A stretch of DNA of 39,326 nt. Origin: Clostridia bacterium (GTDB taxonomy: Bacteria > Bacillota > Clostridia > TANB77 > CAG-465). A program made the position numbers and the translations under genes. Position 1 is the first letter of the stretch, and every line of letters begins with the position of its first letter. Below the pieces are notes generated by a model, which searched no databases, was not told the origin of the DNA, and saw only the letters and a program-made list of their open reading frames with translations. The DNA is taken from NCBI GenBank assembly GCA_036645795.1, contig JAVXNL010000002.1, forward strand, positions 1-39,326, read 5' to 3'. Positions 7,989 to 18,381 of this stretch are shown piece after piece.

Positions 7989-9257
7989 TTAAGATTTACT
8001 TTTTATAACAAACTCTATATATTTACTATAGTCACTTTGCTTACACTCAACTTCTATTAAAGTTCCATCTTGTGTATATTCAGTAGACTTTATAGTTGCT
8101 ACTTCATTAAAATATGATATAATATTTCCTTTCGAAAAAGGTATTAGCATTTTACAATTTATATAATTTGAAAATATTTCTTTTTCTATCATTTGAATGA
8201 GTTCTTCAACACCTTGTTTTTTACTAGCAGACATATATATACTATTTCCGTCTATTAATGGTAATTTATCTAGCATTAAATCAGATTTATTATATATATA
8301 TATAACTGGTATATTATCTGCTCCAAGTTCTTTTAAAGTCTCTTTTGTAACATCTATATATAAATCAAAGTTTGGATCTGAGTAATCTATTACATGTAAA
8401 AGTAAATCTGCGCTCTTTATTTCTTCTAATGTAGATCTAAATGCTTTTATTAAATTATGTGGTAATTTATCTATAAACCCTACAGTATCAGATAGCAAAA
8501 ATGATTTGTTATCTCCAAGTATAATATTTCTTACCGATGTTTCAAGAGTTGCAAATAGCATATCTTTTTCAAGTACTTTTTTTTCTTCTTGTTTTTGATA
8601 AATCTCTACCAACGTGTTAAGTAATGTAGATTTTCCTGCGTTGGTATAACCTACCAAAGATACCAATGGCTCATTTGATTTAACTCTCTTTCTTCTTTGA
8701 ATATCTCTTTGACCTAATATATTTTCTAATTCTTTTCTTAGTTCAATAAGTTTGTCTTCTATTTTTCTTTTATCAAGTTCTAATTTTTTTTCACCCGAGC
8801 CTTTATTACTAAGCCCTGCGCCACCACCTTGTCTTCCAAGAGATGAATGTAGACCTACAAGCCTTGGTAACATATATTGAAGTTTTGCAACCTCTACTTG
8901 TAATTTAGATTCCTTAGTTTGTGCCCTTTTAGCAAATATTTGAAGTATTAGAGCCGTTCTATCAAGTATTGGTATATCTAGCAATTTTTGTAAATTTCTC
9001 AACTGAGATGATGATAATTCATTATTAAATATAACTAAATCTGCTTGTGTTATATCTATCTCTTTTTTTACCTCTTCCACTTTTCCTGTTCCAATATATA
9101 ACGACCTGTTAACAGAATTCAAGTTTTGCTCTATAATTTCTCCAACATCAATATTACAAGCTTTAGTTAGATTAACTAATTCTTCCATAGATTGTTTAAA
9201 ATTTTTTTCCCCATTTACATTTACTCCTATTAATAAAGCTTTTTCATTTTCTTGCAT
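7989..9257 (-). CDS. hflX: GTPase HflX
   Basis: Matches the HflX N-domain, and the LQVEVAKLQYMLPRL helix is present. G1 is GYTNAGKST and G3 is DTVGF. Confidence 0.92.
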   Translation of the reverse strand: MQENEKALLIGVNVNGEKNFKQSMEELVNLTKACNIDVGEIIEQNLNSVNRSLYIGTGKVEEVKKEIDITQADLVIFNNELSSSQLRNLQKLLDIPILDRTALILQIFAKRAQTKESKLQVEVAKLQYMLPRLVGLHSSLGRQGGGAGLSNKGSGEKKLELDKRKIEDKLIELRKELENILGQRDIQRRKRVKSNEPLVSLVGYTNAGKSTLLNTLVEIYQKQEEKKVLEKDMLFATLETSVRNIILGDNKSFLLSDTVGFIDKLPHNLIKAFRSTLEEIKSADLLLHVIDYSDPNFDLYIDVTKETLKELGADNIPVIYIYNKSDLMLDKLPLIDGNSIYMSASKKQGVEELIQMIEKEIFSNYINCKMLIPFSKGNIISYFNEVATIKSTEYTQDGTLIEVECKQSDYSKYIEFVIKSKS

Positions 9258-9315
9258 AAATTCACACCTCTAATGTATATTATACTATATAATTATTATT
9301 TTAAAAAGGAAAATT

Positions 9316-9357
9316 TTAAAATAGTTTAAATATCTATAGAAATTTAAACTATTTTAA
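9316..9357. other. 16-bp AT-rich perfect palindrome in a divergent intergenic region
   Basis: TTAAAATAGTTTAAAT / ATTTAAACTATTTTAA around a 10-nt loop. Lies between the hflX start and the 9457 promoter. No upstream transcript needs terminating here. Confidence 0.4.
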
Positions 9358-9456
9358 GTTTAAGACACTTTCAAAAGCATTAATATATTATAAAATCTAT
9401 AGCATACTATTTTTTACTAAATCTTTACTTTTAAAATGAGATTTTAGTTCGAAAAT

Positions 9457-9485
9457 TTGACTATTATGTCTACTTGTGGTATAAT
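9457..9485 (+). promoter_or_regulatory. Sigma-A promoter TTGACT-17-TATAAT (TG-extended)
   Basis: Near-consensus hexamers. The ATTTGACTATT context is shared with the promoter at 10339. Confidence 0.6.
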
Positions 9486-9523
9486 TAATGTAGTAAATTA
9501 TTAAAAAGACAGGAGGCAACAAA

Positions 9524-10174
9524 ATGGAAATTGCAGCAGTAATTTTAGCTGTTATATCAATGATTACTACATTTTTTCCGTATACTGGAATTGTAGTAGG
9601 TATAATAGGTATAGTACTTTCAACACTAAGTATAAAAAAAAGTATAAATGATAACTTAAAAGGGATTGCTAAAATCGCTCTAACTATTACTATAATAACA
9701 ACTATTGTTTCTGTTATCTATACAAGTATTACATTTGTCACATTTACAGTAAAAGAAAAAACTCTAATAAAAGATACAGATATAACAATAATAAAAGAAG
9801 AATCTAAAGCATTACAAGAAAGTGTAGATGAGTATATATCAAATAAAACTGTAAAAAAAGGTAAAAAGAAAACAAAGGATTTAATATCAAAAGAAGATGC
9901 AATAAAAGAAATTTCTTCAAAAGAACATAAAGATATATACAAATTAAAAGAAGATATTAAAAACTGGAATGAAGTTATACGAGGAATATGTGCAACAAAA
10001 GATAGTGGAACTATCTACTATGATATAGATTACAATAATTTAAACTCATCTATACAAGATGATAATAAAACATTTTTTGTAATTGACTCTTCTGGTAAAG
10101 TATATTTAAATATAAAAGATATATCTAAATACAAAAACGATAAAACGCTGTCTGATAATGAATATATTCTATAA
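9524..10174 (+). CDS. Membrane protein, paralog A (N-terminal TM hairpin plus conserved C-terminal ~45-aa module)
   Basis: AGGAGG RBS. Its C-terminus IYYDIDYNNLNSSIQDDNKTFFVIDSSGKVYLNIKDISKY aligns with the end of 10397..11092. Confidence 0.7.
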   Translation: MEIAAVILAVISMITTFFPYTGIVVGIIGIVLSTLSIKKSINDNLKGIAKIALTITIITTIVSVIYTSITFVTFTVKEKTLIKDTDITIIKEESKALQESVDEYISNKTVKKGKKKTKDLISKEDAIKEISSKEHKDIYKLKEDIKNWNEVIRGICATKDSGTIYYDIDYNNLNSSIQDDNKTFFVIDSSGKVYLNIKDISKYKNDKTLSDNEYIL

Positions 10175-10196
10175 TACTGATGTGAATCAATTTAGT

Positions 10197-10224
10197 AACA
10201 ACCACTACTTAGTTAGTGGTTGTT
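10197..10224 (+). terminator. Rho-independent terminator
   Basis: AACAACCACTA / TAGTGGTTGTT stem followed by ATTTGT. Confidence 0.6.
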
Positions 10225-10338
10225 ATTTGTATATTCTCCTTATTATATTGTACGATTATAGGCTTTATTGTTAAATTATTTTTAATTTATAACTACTCAA
10301 AAGCAAAATAATTTTAGCAAATAAATATACAGAAATAT

Positions 10339-10367
10339 TTGACTATTTTTTTTGTTTGTGCTATACT
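10339..10367 (+). promoter_or_regulatory. Sigma-A promoter TTGACT-17-TATACT (TG-extended)
   Basis: Hexamers read directly. Duplicated context of the 9457 promoter. Confidence 0.55.
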
Positions 10368-10396
10368 TTATTTATGCATCTTGGAGGTGAAAACAA

Positions 10397-11092
10397 ATGA
10401 TAACGCTTACATTTATTCTTTCTACATCTTCTTTAATTCTAGCATTTTTACCTAAGTTTGGTGTTATAATATCAATTATTGCTATTATATATGCTCTTGG
10501 ATTAATTGGCTATTTAAACAAAAAAGATATGAATATAAAAATAAAAAGTGAGAACAAAAATTCAAGTAATACTAAAGGCATAAATTCAAAAAAAGAAAAA
10601 ACAAATAAAAGCAAAAAAAAGAAATTAATATGTTTATCCTTACTCATATCTGTTTTCTCTTTAGTTCTCTCAATGCTCGTTACTTCTAATATTATACCAA
10701 TACATTTTGGCAAAAAAAGCACACCTAAAAAAAGTGTTTTAACTAAAGAAACAATTAGTGCAATTCTAACCGATAAACAAAAAATATCTTCTCAAATACA
10801 AAAATATATGGGAGATAAAATTACTAACGATACAACGCTTGATCCTGCTCGTATATTAAAGGACATAAAAACAGGAGAGAATACCAATATTTTTTTTGAC
10901 TCTGCAAAAGTAGAAAATATAACTCCAACTATAAAAGAGATACTTGCAATTTCAGGGGATAATACAAAAATATACTATAATATAGACTTCTCAAAAATAG
11001 AGTGCAATATAGGTGAATATAAAAAATCCTATTGGGTATTTGATAACTTAGGAAATGTATATTTAAATATAGAAGACATTTGTAAATATTAA
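10397..11092 (+). CDS. Membrane protein, paralog B (with a Lys-rich insert)
   Basis: GGAGGTG RBS. N-terminal TM hairpin and a K/S/N-rich insert. C-terminus IYYNIDFSKIECNIGEYKKSYWVFDNLGNVYLNIEDICKY is paralogous to 9524..10174. Confidence 0.7.
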   Translation: MITLTFILSTSSLILAFLPKFGVIISIIAIIYALGLIGYLNKKDMNIKIKSENKNSSNTKGINSKKEKTNKSKKKKLICLSLLISVFSLVLSMLVTSNIIPIHFGKKSTPKKSVLTKETISAILTDKQKISSQIQKYMGDKITNDTTLDPARILKDIKTGENTNIFFDSAKVENITPTIKEILAISGDNTKIYYNIDFSKIECNIGEYKKSYWVFDNLGNVYLNIEDICKY

Positions 11093-11113
11093 TATTTATA
11101 GCTTTACTAAAAT

Positions 11114-11162
11114 AAAAACAGTAAAAAAACAGCACCTACTAGATGCCATTTTTACTGTTTTT
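11114..11162. terminator. Bidirectional hairpin between paralog B and secY
   Basis: AAAAACAGTAAAAA / TTTTTACTGTTTTT 14-bp stem with a 21-nt loop and T-runs on both sides. Confidence 0.5.
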
Positions 11163-11199
11163 ATTTTTTATCTATTTCAAATATCTATCTATTACTATA

Positions 11200-12507
11200 C
11201 TAATTTAAAAAACCTGTATAATGACGACTTACCATTTGAGTCTCTAGATTTTTTAATATTTCAAGTGCAACACTTACTATGATAAGTACTGATGTACCAC
11301 CAAAAGTTATTGCAAATGGAGTAATTCCTTGTAGTAAAATCGGAAATACTGCAACTAGCGCTAAAAATAGTGCTCCTACAGTTGTTATATATTTTAGTAC
11401 TTTAGATATATATTCTGATGTTGCTTTTCCTGCTCTTATTCCTGGTACAAACCCGCCATTTTTCTTTAATTGGTTAGATATTTCTACCGGATTTACCATA
11501 AACATTGTATATACAAATGTAAACGCTATTATTAAAGCCATGTATAGCAGAGCATATATTATCAAATAATACCATGCACTTCCTTGTGATACTGAAAATA
11601 TGCTACTAACAACTCCCCAGAATCCAGTTGGATGTCCTCCTGTACATAAATTTATAATAGTTGCTGGAAACATCATAAATGACATTGCAAATATTATTGG
11701 CATAACTCCTGCCATTGCAACTTTTATTGGAATATGTGTGCTTTGTCCACCGTACATTTTTCTTCCAACTACACGTTTTGCATAGTTTACAGGAATTCTA
11801 CGTTCAGCTTGTTGTACAAATATTACCGCTGCAAGTACTACTACTATTGCTATAACTAATGCTGCAACTATTAACGAGTTTGTTATTCCACCTTTTGCAA
11901 ATGTAAGTAACGTTGTTACTCCACCCGGTATTCCTGATACTATACCAACAAAAACAATTATTGATATACCATTTCCTACACCATACTCTGTTATTTTATC
12001 ACCAAGCCATGTAAGCAGAGCTGTTCCTGCTACAAGAGATCCTACAAAAAGGATTGCTCCGAGTACAGAACCTGCACCGTAAGTTAAAACAGGTAATAAA
12101 TATTTTCTATAAGTTAAATATAATCCAAGGCCTTCAATTAAACCAAAAGCTAGTGTCAAATATTTAGTATACTTATTTAATGTCTTTTTACCTTCTTCTC
12201 CTTCTTTAGCTAGTTTTTCTAAACTAGGTATTACTACTTGTAATAGGTTAAGTACTATTGAAGCTGTAATATATGGTCCTATTGTCATAGCAAATATTGA
12301 AAATCTACTAAATGCACCACCTGATATCAGGTTTATTGTACCAACAAGTCCCCCCGCAGCTCCAACTTGATCCATAAACATGGTCTTATCAATTCCTGGT
12401 ACTGTTATAAAAGTACCAAGTCTATATAAAAGTATTATGAACACAGTAAAAAGTAATTTTTTTCTTATGTCTTTTACTCCAAATATATCTTTTAAGGTTT
12501 GTAGCAT
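11200..12507 (-). CDS. secY: Preprotein translocase subunit SecY
   Basis: 435 aa with 10 TM segments. N-terminus matches the SecY pattern (KDIRKKLLFT...LYRLG..I.VPGI). Last gene of the spc cluster. Confidence 0.96.
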   Translation of the reverse strand: MLQTLKDIFGVKDIRKKLLFTVFIILLYRLGTFITVPGIDKTMFMDQVGAAGGLVGTINLISGGAFSRFSIFAMTIGPYITASIVLNLLQVVIPSLEKLAKEGEEGKKTLNKYTKYLTLAFGLIEGLGLYLTYRKYLLPVLTYGAGSVLGAILFVGSLVAGTALLTWLGDKITEYGVGNGISIIVFVGIVSGIPGGVTTLLTFAKGGITNSLIVAALVIAIVVVLAAVIFVQQAERRIPVNYAKRVVGRKMYGGQSTHIPIKVAMAGVMPIIFAMSFMMFPATIINLCTGGHPTGFWGVVSSIFSVSQGSAWYYLIIYALLYMALIIAFTFVYTMFMVNPVEISNQLKKNGGFVPGIRAGKATSEYISKVLKYITTVGALFLALVAVFPILLQGITPFAITFGGTSVLIIVSVALEILKNLETQMVSRHYTGFLN

Positions 12508-12508
12508 A

Positions 12509-12949
12509 CTACTTCACCTCTGTCTTTCCACCTACAGCTTGTATTTTTTCTTCTGCTGCCTTAGAAAATTTTGCTGCTACAACTGTAAGTTTTTTAGTTA
12601 GTTCTCCGTTACCTAAAACTTTTAATCCATCTAATTCTTTTCTAATTATACCTTCTTTTAATAGTAATTCTGTATTTACTACTGTATCTGCTTCAAATCT
12701 TTCTAAGTCACTTAGATTAACGATTGCATACTCAGTTGAAAAGCGATTGGTAAATCCTCTTTTAGGAATTCTTCTAAATAATGGTGTTTGTCCACCTTCA
12801 AATCCTCTTCGTATACTTCCACCGCTTCTTGATTTTTGTCCATTATGTCCTCTACCAGCTGTTTTGCCAAGTCCGCTTCCAATTCCTCTACCTACTCTTT
12901 TTCTCTTTGTAGTTGATCCATATGCTGGACCTAATTCGTGCATCTTCAT
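12509..12949 (-). CDS. rplO: 50S ribosomal protein L15
   Basis: [28 protein letters not shown] motif. Operon position. Confidence 0.96.
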   Translation of the reverse strand: MKMHELGPAYGSTTKRKRVGRGIGSGLGKTAGRGHNGQKSRSGGSIRRGFEGGQTPLFRRIPKRGFTNRFSTEYAIVNLSDLERFEADTVVNTELLLKEGIIRKELDGLKVLGNGELTKKLTVVAAKFSKAAEEKIQAVGGKTEVK

Positions 12950-12988
12950 ACCTTAAGTTCCTCCTCTCCTTGATATTTTGTTCCAAGA

Positions 12989-13480
12989 CTATTTTATAAT
13001 TTCTGTTAAAGTTTTTCCTCTAAGCCTTGCTACTTCTTCTGGGGTTCTCATTGCTTGTAATGCTTTTACTGTAGCATATACTACGTTTCTGCTATTACGA
13101 GAGCCTAAAGTCTTAGCTGTTACATCTTTTACTCCTGCAAGTTCTAATACTGGTCTTACTGATCCACCAGCGATAACTCCAGTACCTGGTGCAGCTGGTT
13201 TTATTATAACCCTAGATGCTCCAAAGTGAGTTGTATATTCATGAGGTAGAGTTCCATTTACTAAAGGTACTTCTACTAAATTTTTCTTTGCTTCATCTGT
13301 TGCTTTTTTTATAGCCTCTGGTACTTCTGATGATTTACCAGTTCCTACTCCAACGTGACCATTTTGGTCACCAACAACAACTAGTACACTAAATCTAAAA
13401 GTTCTACCACCTTTAACAACTTTTGCTACTCTATTTACATTAACAACTTTTTCTTTTAATTCTTGTTTTGTATCAGTCAT
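12989..13480 (-). CDS. rpsE: 30S ribosomal protein S5
   Basis: [24 protein letters not shown]. Start at ATG 13480, behind AAGGAGA. Confidence 0.95.
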   Translation of the reverse strand: MTDTKQELKEKVVNVNRVAKVVKGGRTFRFSVLVVVGDQNGHVGVGTGKSSEVPEAIKKATDEAKKNLVEVPLVNGTLPHEYTTHFGASRVIIKPAAPGTGVIAGGSVRPVLELAGVKDVTAKTLGSRNSRNVVYATVKALQAMRTPEEVARLRGKTLTEIIK

Positions 13481-13498
13481 TTTGGTTTCTCCTTCCAA

Positions 13499-13858
13499 TT
13501 AAAATTCTAATCCAGCAACTCTTGCTGCTTCTGCAAGTTCCTTAATTTTTCCGTGGTATATATAACCATTTCTATCAAAGACTACAGTTTTTATTCCTTT
13601 TTTTACTGCACGTTTTGCGATAAGAGTTCCAACTTCTTTTGCCGCTTCAATATTAGATGCCTTTGTTTTTATCTCATTATCTAATGTTGATGCACTTAGT
13701 AGTGTTGTATTAGATTCATCATCAATTAATTGTACAGATATATTTTTCAAACTTCTAAATACACAAAGTCTTGGTCTAGCGTTAGTGCCTTTTACTCTTG
13801 CTCTAACTCTTTTTTGTCTTATTGCTCTTGACTCTGTTCTACTCTTTTTGTTTATCAT
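13499..13858 (-). CDS. rplR: 50S ribosomal protein L18
   Basis: [20 protein letters not shown] and [20 protein letters not shown]. Confidence 0.96.
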   Translation of the reverse strand: MINKKSRTESRAIRQKRVRARVKGTNARPRLCVFRSLKNISVQLIDDESNTTLLSASTLDNEIKTKASNIEAAKEVGTLIAKRAVKKGIKTVVFDRNGYIYHGKIKELAEAARVAGLEF

Positions 13859-13889
13859 TTTTGTAAGTCTCCTTTCTAAAATTTATCCA

Positions 13890-14426
13890 CTATTTTTTAC
13901 CGCCAGCTTTTCCTTCTTTTCTTCTTATTTTCTCGCCAACATATTTTATACCTTTACCTTTATATGGTTCTGGTAATCTTTTTTCTCTAATATTTGCAGC
14001 TATTTGACCAACTACTTGTTTGTCGATACCTTTAACAATTATTGAGGCTGGTGTTGGCACATCTATAGTTATTCCTTCTTGCTCTTCTATTTCTACTGGA
14101 TGTGAATAACCTAGAGTTAAAACTAATTTTTTTCCTTGTTTTTGTGCTCTATATCCAATACCGTTGATTTCTAGTGCTTTTTCAAAACCAGTACTTACCC
14201 CTACAACCATATTATTTATCAGAGTTCTAGTTAAACCATGAAGGTTTCCATTTTTAAGATTATCTACACTAACTTCTATTTTTCCGTCTTCCATTTTTAT
14301 ATTAACTGCATCTAAAAAAGTCTGTGTAAGAGTTCCTTTTGGTCCTTTTGTTGTAACTGTATGGTTATCAATTTTTACTTCTACACCTTGTGGTATTACT
14401 ATAGGATTTTTACCTATTCTTGACAT
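13890..14426 (-). CDS. rplF: 50S ribosomal protein L6
   Basis: [17 protein letters not shown] and GYSHPVE motifs. Confidence 0.96.
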   Translation of the reverse strand: MSRIGKNPIVIPQGVEVKIDNHTVTTKGPKGTLTQTFLDAVNIKMEDGKIEVSVDNLKNGNLHGLTRTLINNMVVGVSTGFEKALEINGIGYRAQKQGKKLVLTLGYSHPVEIEEQEGITIDVPTPASIIVKGIDKQVVGQIAANIREKRLPEPYKGKGIKYVGEKIRRKEGKAGGKK

Positions 14427-14489
14427 TTTAAGTATTCCTCCTTTATTTCTTGATTCTTAATTTAACATTTATTTTATAGATGATAATGT

Positions 14490-14882
14490 TTACCATATAT
14501 ATGCAAGAACTTCTCCTGCTACATTTTGTTTTCTTGCTTCTCTATCTGTAATTATTCCTTTTGAAGTAGATATTATTGCTATTCCTAAACCATTTAATAC
14601 TCTAGGTAATTCCTCTACACTTGCATATATTCTAAGGCCTGGTTTACTTATTCTTTTTAGACCTTGTAGAACTCTTGTTTTTCCTTCATATTTTAGTGTT
14701 ACTCTTATTGTTGAGTATTCTTCTTTTATTATATCCATAGAAGATACAAAACCTTCGGCTACTAAAATTTCTGCTATTGCTTGTTTTACTTTTGAATAAG
14801 GAATGTCTACTGTTTGATGTCTTTGTTGGTTTGCATTTCTTATTCTTGTTAACATGTCTGCAATTGGATCTGTTGTCATCAT
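14490..14882 (-). CDS. rpsH: 30S ribosomal protein S8
   Basis: [14 protein letters not shown]-terminus and [10 protein letters not shown]-terminus. Confidence 0.96.
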   Translation of the reverse strand: MMTTDPIADMLTRIRNANQQRHQTVDIPYSKVKQAIAEILVAEGFVSSMDIIKEEYSTIRVTLKYEGKTRVLQGLKRISKPGLRIYASVEELPRVLNGLGIAIISTSKGIITDREARKQNVAGEVLAYIW

Positions 14883-14901
14883 TACTACTTTACCTCCTTT
14901 T

Positions 14902-15087
14902 TTACCAGCTTGCTTTTTTAACTCCTGGTATTTCTCCTTGATATGCTAATTTTCTAAAGCATAAACGGCATACTCCATACTTTCTCATATATGAATGTGG
15001 TCTTCCACATATTTTACATCTGTTATAATATCTTGTACTAAACTTTGGTTCTCTTTTTTGTTTAGCTATCATAGACTTTTTTGCCAT
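14902..15087 (-). CDS. rpsN: 30S ribosomal protein S14 type Z (zinc-binding, 61 aa)
   Basis: [22 protein letters not shown] has two CxxC pairs. The 61-aa length is typical of the short form. Confidence 0.95.
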   Translation of the reverse strand: MAKKSMIAKQKREPKFSTRYYNRCKICGRPHSYMRKYGVCRLCFRKLAYQGEIPGVKKASW

Positions 15088-15099
15088 TTGTTTGCCCCC

Positions 15100-15639
15100 C
15101 TAACTATGAGCGAATGGTAAGCCTAGCATTTCAAGTAATGCTTTTGCTTCTGCATCAGTTTTTGCTGTTGTAACAAAAACGATATCCATTCCTCTTACTT
15201 TATCTATTTTATCATATTCGATTTCTGGAAATATTAATTGTTCTTTAATTCCCATATTATAATTTCCTTTTGAATCAAAAGATTTAACGTTTACACCTTT
15301 AAAATCTCTTACACGAGGAAGTGCTACATTGAAAAACTTAGTAGCAAAATCAAACATTTTATCTGCTCTTAATGTTACCTTACATCCAATATCCATTCCT
15401 TCTCTTAATTTAAATGCTGCAACTGATTTTTTTGCTTTTGTAATAATTGGTTTTTGTCCAGCTATTAATTCTAAATCTCTTGCTGCATTTTCTAATGCTT
15501 TTGAACTATCTTTTACATCAGATACTCCCATATTAATTACTATTTTTTCTAATCTTGGTACTTGCATTACTGATTTATATCCAAATTTCTCTTTTAATGC
15601 AGGTACTATTTCAGCCTTATATCTCTCTTTAAGGTTCAT
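15100..15639 (-). CDS. rplE: 50S ribosomal protein L5
   Basis: [12 protein letters not shown] and [16 protein letters not shown]. Confidence 0.96.
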   Translation of the reverse strand: MNLKERYKAEIVPALKEKFGYKSVMQVPRLEKIVINMGVSDVKDSSKALENAARDLELIAGQKPIITKAKKSVAAFKLREGMDIGCKVTLRADKMFDFATKFFNVALPRVRDFKGVNVKSFDSKGNYNMGIKEQLIFPEIEYDKIDKVRGMDIVFVTTAKTDAEAKALLEMLGLPFAHS

Positions 15640-15654
15640 TTAGTTTCCCCTCCT

Positions 15655-15975
15655 TTACTTAATTTCTTGACATTTTTTACAAAACCTTGTTTTTGTCCCA
15701 TCTTGTGCTACATTTATTCCAAGCTTTACACCTTTATCACATTTTTCGCAATAAAAACTTAATTTGCTAACATTTACTGGACATTCCATTTTTATAATTC
15801 CAGATTCTTGCCCTTGTTTTTTTGCTTTCATATGTTTTGTTCTTATATTAATTCCTTTAACTATTATTTTGCCACTTTTTCTATCTACAGAAACTATTTG
15901 CCCTTTTTTTCCTTTTTCAGAGCCAGAATTAACTATAACTGTATCACCTTTTTTTAATTTTATTTTTGCTACCAA
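15655..15975 (-). CDS. rplX: 50S ribosomal protein L24, variant with a C-terminal CxxC...CxxC
   Basis: KKGDTVIVNSGSEKGKKGQIVSV KOW motif and operon position. The C-terminus carries CEKC and CKKC. Confidence 0.93.
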   Translation of the reverse strand: MVAKIKLKKGDTVIVNSGSEKGKKGQIVSVDRKSGKIIVKGINIRTKHMKAKKQGQESGIIKMECPVNVSKLSFYCEKCDKGVKLGINVAQDGTKTRFCKKCQEIK

Positions 15976-15994
15976 TTTCTTTCACCTCCAAGAT

Positions 15995-16363
15995 TTAAAG
16001 AACTTCTGGCGCTAGAGATATAATTTTCATATAATTTTTATCTCTTAGTTCTCTTGCTACTGGTCCAAATATACGTGTTCCTTTTGGTGTTTTATCATCT
16101 TTGATTATAACTGCTGCGTTTTCATCAAATCTTATATATGAACCATCATCACGTCCTAGACCTCTTTTTGTCCTTACTATAACTGCTTTAATAACATCAC
16201 CTTTTTTTACAGAACCGCCTGGCGCTGATTTTTTTACAGAAGCCACTATTACGTCTCCGATATTACCAAATTTTCTATGATGTCCACCTAAAACTCTAAT
16301 ACACATAATCTCTTTTGCCCCTGTATTGTCGGCAATTTTTAATAATGATTGTTGTTGTATCAT
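15995..16363 (-). CDS. rplN: 50S ribosomal protein L14
   Basis: [27 protein letters not shown]. Confidence 0.97.
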   Translation of the reverse strand: MIQQQSLLKIADNTGAKEIMCIRVLGGHHRKFGNIGDVIVASVKKSAPGGSVKKGDVIKAVIVRTKRGLGRDDGSYIRFDENAAVIIKDDKTPKGTRIFGPVARELRDKNYMKIISLAPEVL

Positions 16364-16399
16364 GGATTAGTCCTCCCTTCAAACTTTCTAATTTTAAAA

Positions 16400-16654
16400 C
16401 TATTTAACTTTTTCCACAATTCTTACTAGTCTATATCTTTTATCTTTGCTTAGTGGTCTAGTTTCCATTATTTCTACAGTATCACCGATACTGCATTCAT
16501 TTTTTTCATCATGAGCTTTTACTTTTAAAGTCTTGTTAACTATTTTTCCATAAAGTGGATCTTTAGTCTTTGTATCGATTCTAACAACGATTGTTTTTTC
16601 CATTTTGTTGCTTTCGACTTTACCAAGTTTTGTTTTTCTTAAATTTCTTTCCAC
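16400..16654 (-). CDS. rpsQ: 30S ribosomal protein S17
   Basis: [14 protein letters not shown]...[23 protein letters not shown]. Confidence 0.96.
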   Translation of the reverse strand: MERNLRKTKLGKVESNKMEKTIVVRIDTKTKDPLYGKIVNKTLKVKAHDEKNECSIGDTVEIMETRPLSKDKRYRLVRIVEKVK

Positions 16655-16674
16655 GTCTTACTCCTCCTTTACCA

Positions 16675-16875
16675 CTAAATATTTTTCTTCTTAGTTATAA
16701 CAGTATTTACTCTTGCTATATTTTTCTTAACAATACTGATTTTTTTAGGGTTACTAAGGCCATTTAATGCATGTTGAAATCTTAATTTAAACAACTCGTT
16801 TTTCAGTGCCTTTTGTTCTTTTTCTAAATCTTCTACTGACATATTGCTGTATTCATTTAATTTACTAGATTTCAT
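16675..16875 (-). CDS. rpmC: 50S ribosomal protein L29
   Basis: [30 protein letters not shown]. Start at ATG 16875, behind GGGGGG, overlapping the rplP stop. Confidence 0.9.
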   Translation of the reverse strand: MKSSKLNEYSNMSVEDLEKEQKALKNELFKLRFQHALNGLSNPKKISIVKKNIARVNTVITKKKNI

Positions 16876-17335
16876 TAGCTTGAACCCCCCCTTCTTGTAT
16901 TTTCGCTGATTCTTCTTCAGCAAGTTGTTCTGCTTTGCTTACTATTTTGCATCTAATAGGAAGTTTATGTATTGCTTTCCTTAAAGCTTCTTTACTTATA
17001 GCTTCACTAAGCCCTGTTATTTCAAACAATATTCTTCCCGGTTTTACTACTGCAACAAAGTACTCTGGATTTCCTTTACCAGAACCCATACGAGTTTCTG
17101 CTGGTTTTTTAGTTATAGGTTTGTCTGGAAATATTTTTATCCAAGTCTTTCCTACCTTTTTAGTATATTTCGAAAGTGTTACCCTAACAGACTCTATTTG
17201 ATTAGCTGTTATCCAAGCTGGTTCTAGCGCTTGAATCCCATAGTCTCCATTTACTACTTTAATACCACGAGACGCTTTACCCTTAATTTTACCCTTTTGT
17301 ACTTTTCTATATTTTGTTCTTTTTGGTGACAACAT
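16865..17335 (-). CDS. rplP: 50S ribosomal protein L16 (with an acidic C-terminal tail)
   Basis: [16 protein letters not shown]-terminus and the [24 protein letters not shown] motif. Confidence 0.96.
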   Translation of the reverse strand: MLSPKRTKYRKVQKGKIKGKASRGIKVVNGDYGIQALEPAWITANQIESVRVTLSKYTKKVGKTWIKIFPDKPITKKPAETRMGSGKGNPEYFVAVVKPGRILFEITGLSEAISKEALRKAIHKLPIRCKIVSKAEQLAEEESAKIQEGGVQANEI

Positions 17336-17337
17336 CT

Positions 17338-17994
17338 TTAGTTACCTCCTTTTACATCTTTTTTTGCAGGAAGTACTTCACCTTTATATATCCAAACTTT
17401 TACTCCGATTATCCCATAGGTTGTTTTTGCTTCTGCAACACCATAATCTATGTCAGCTCTTAGCGTTTGAAGTGGAATTGTACCCTCATTATAATGCTCT
17501 GTTCTTGCAATTTCTGCTCCGCCTAGACGTCCAGCAACTGCAGTTTTTATTCCTAAAGCTCCTGCTCTCATTGTTTTTTGCATTGATTGTTTCATAGCTT
17601 TTCTAAAAGATATTCTTCTTTCTAATTGAGCAGCTATACTTTCTGCAACAAGTTGTGCGGCTAAATCTATATCTTTAACTTCTACAATATTTATTGATAT
17701 ATCTTTACCTACCATCTTATTTAATTTTTTTCTTAATTCTTCTATAGCAGCTCCACCTTTACCAATTATCATTCCGGGCTTTGCTGTGTGTATATCTACT
17801 TTTACCATGCTGCCTTTTCTAGAAATGTTTATATTGTTTATTCCAGCTGGTTTAAGTAAAGTTTTTAAAAATTTACGAATTCTATAGTCTTCAACTAAAT
17901 TATCTGAATAATCTTTTTTGTTGGCATACCAAGTTGATGACCAATCTTTTATTATTCCGACTCTAAGTCCGTGCGGACTAACTTTTTGTCCCAT
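17338..17994 (-). CDS. rpsC: 30S ribosomal protein S3
   Basis: [20 protein letters not shown] domain, [10 protein letters not shown]. Confidence 0.97.
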   Translation of the reverse strand: MGQKVSPHGLRVGIIKDWSSTWYANKKDYSDNLVEDYRIRKFLKTLLKPAGINNINISRKGSMVKVDIHTAKPGMIIGKGGAAIEELRKKLNKMVGKDISINIVEVKDIDLAAQLVAESIAAQLERRISFRKAMKQSMQKTMRAGALGIKTAVAGRLGGAEIARTEHYNEGTIPLQTLRADIDYGVAEAKTTYGIIGVKVWIYKGEVLPAKKDVKGGN

Positions 17995-18012
17995 TTTTAA
18001 CTTACCTCCTTT

Positions 18013-18354
18013 TTATGCTTCTTTTAAAACTATTGTTGTATGACTAGTTCTTTTTCTTATTCTATTTGCTCTTCCTTGAGCTCTAGGCATAATTCTTTTC
18101 ATTGTTGTGCCTTGATTTGCATATACCTCATCAATATATAATTTTGTTTCATCCATAGAATGATTATTTACTGCATTAGCCATTGCTGACTTTAATAGCT
18201 TTTCAACCATAGGTGCTGCTGCTTTATTGGTATATTTCAATATTGCTATAGCCTCTTTTGCATTTTTGCCTCTGATAGTATCAATAACTATTTTAACTTT
18301 TCTTGCACTTATTCTTGCATGACGTAGTTCTGCTCTTGCTATTTTCTCTTCCAT
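18013..18354 (-). CDS. rplV: 50S ribosomal protein L22
   Basis: ARISARKVKIVIDTIRGK and RIMPRAQGRANRIRKRTSH. Confidence 0.96.
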   Translation of the reverse strand: MEEKIARAELRHARISARKVKIVIDTIRGKNAKEAIAILKYTNKAAAPMVEKLLKSAMANAVNNHSMDETKLYIDEVYANQGTTMKRIMPRAQGRANRIRKRTSHTTIVLKEA

Positions 18355-18381
18355 TTTAAGGCTCCTCCTTTATTTTCTAGT

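Noticed and set aside
12950-12988. A hidden rpmD (L30) gene between rpsE and rplO
   Set aside because: Only 39 nt are available, and they contain just the rplO RBS. No ORF is possible.
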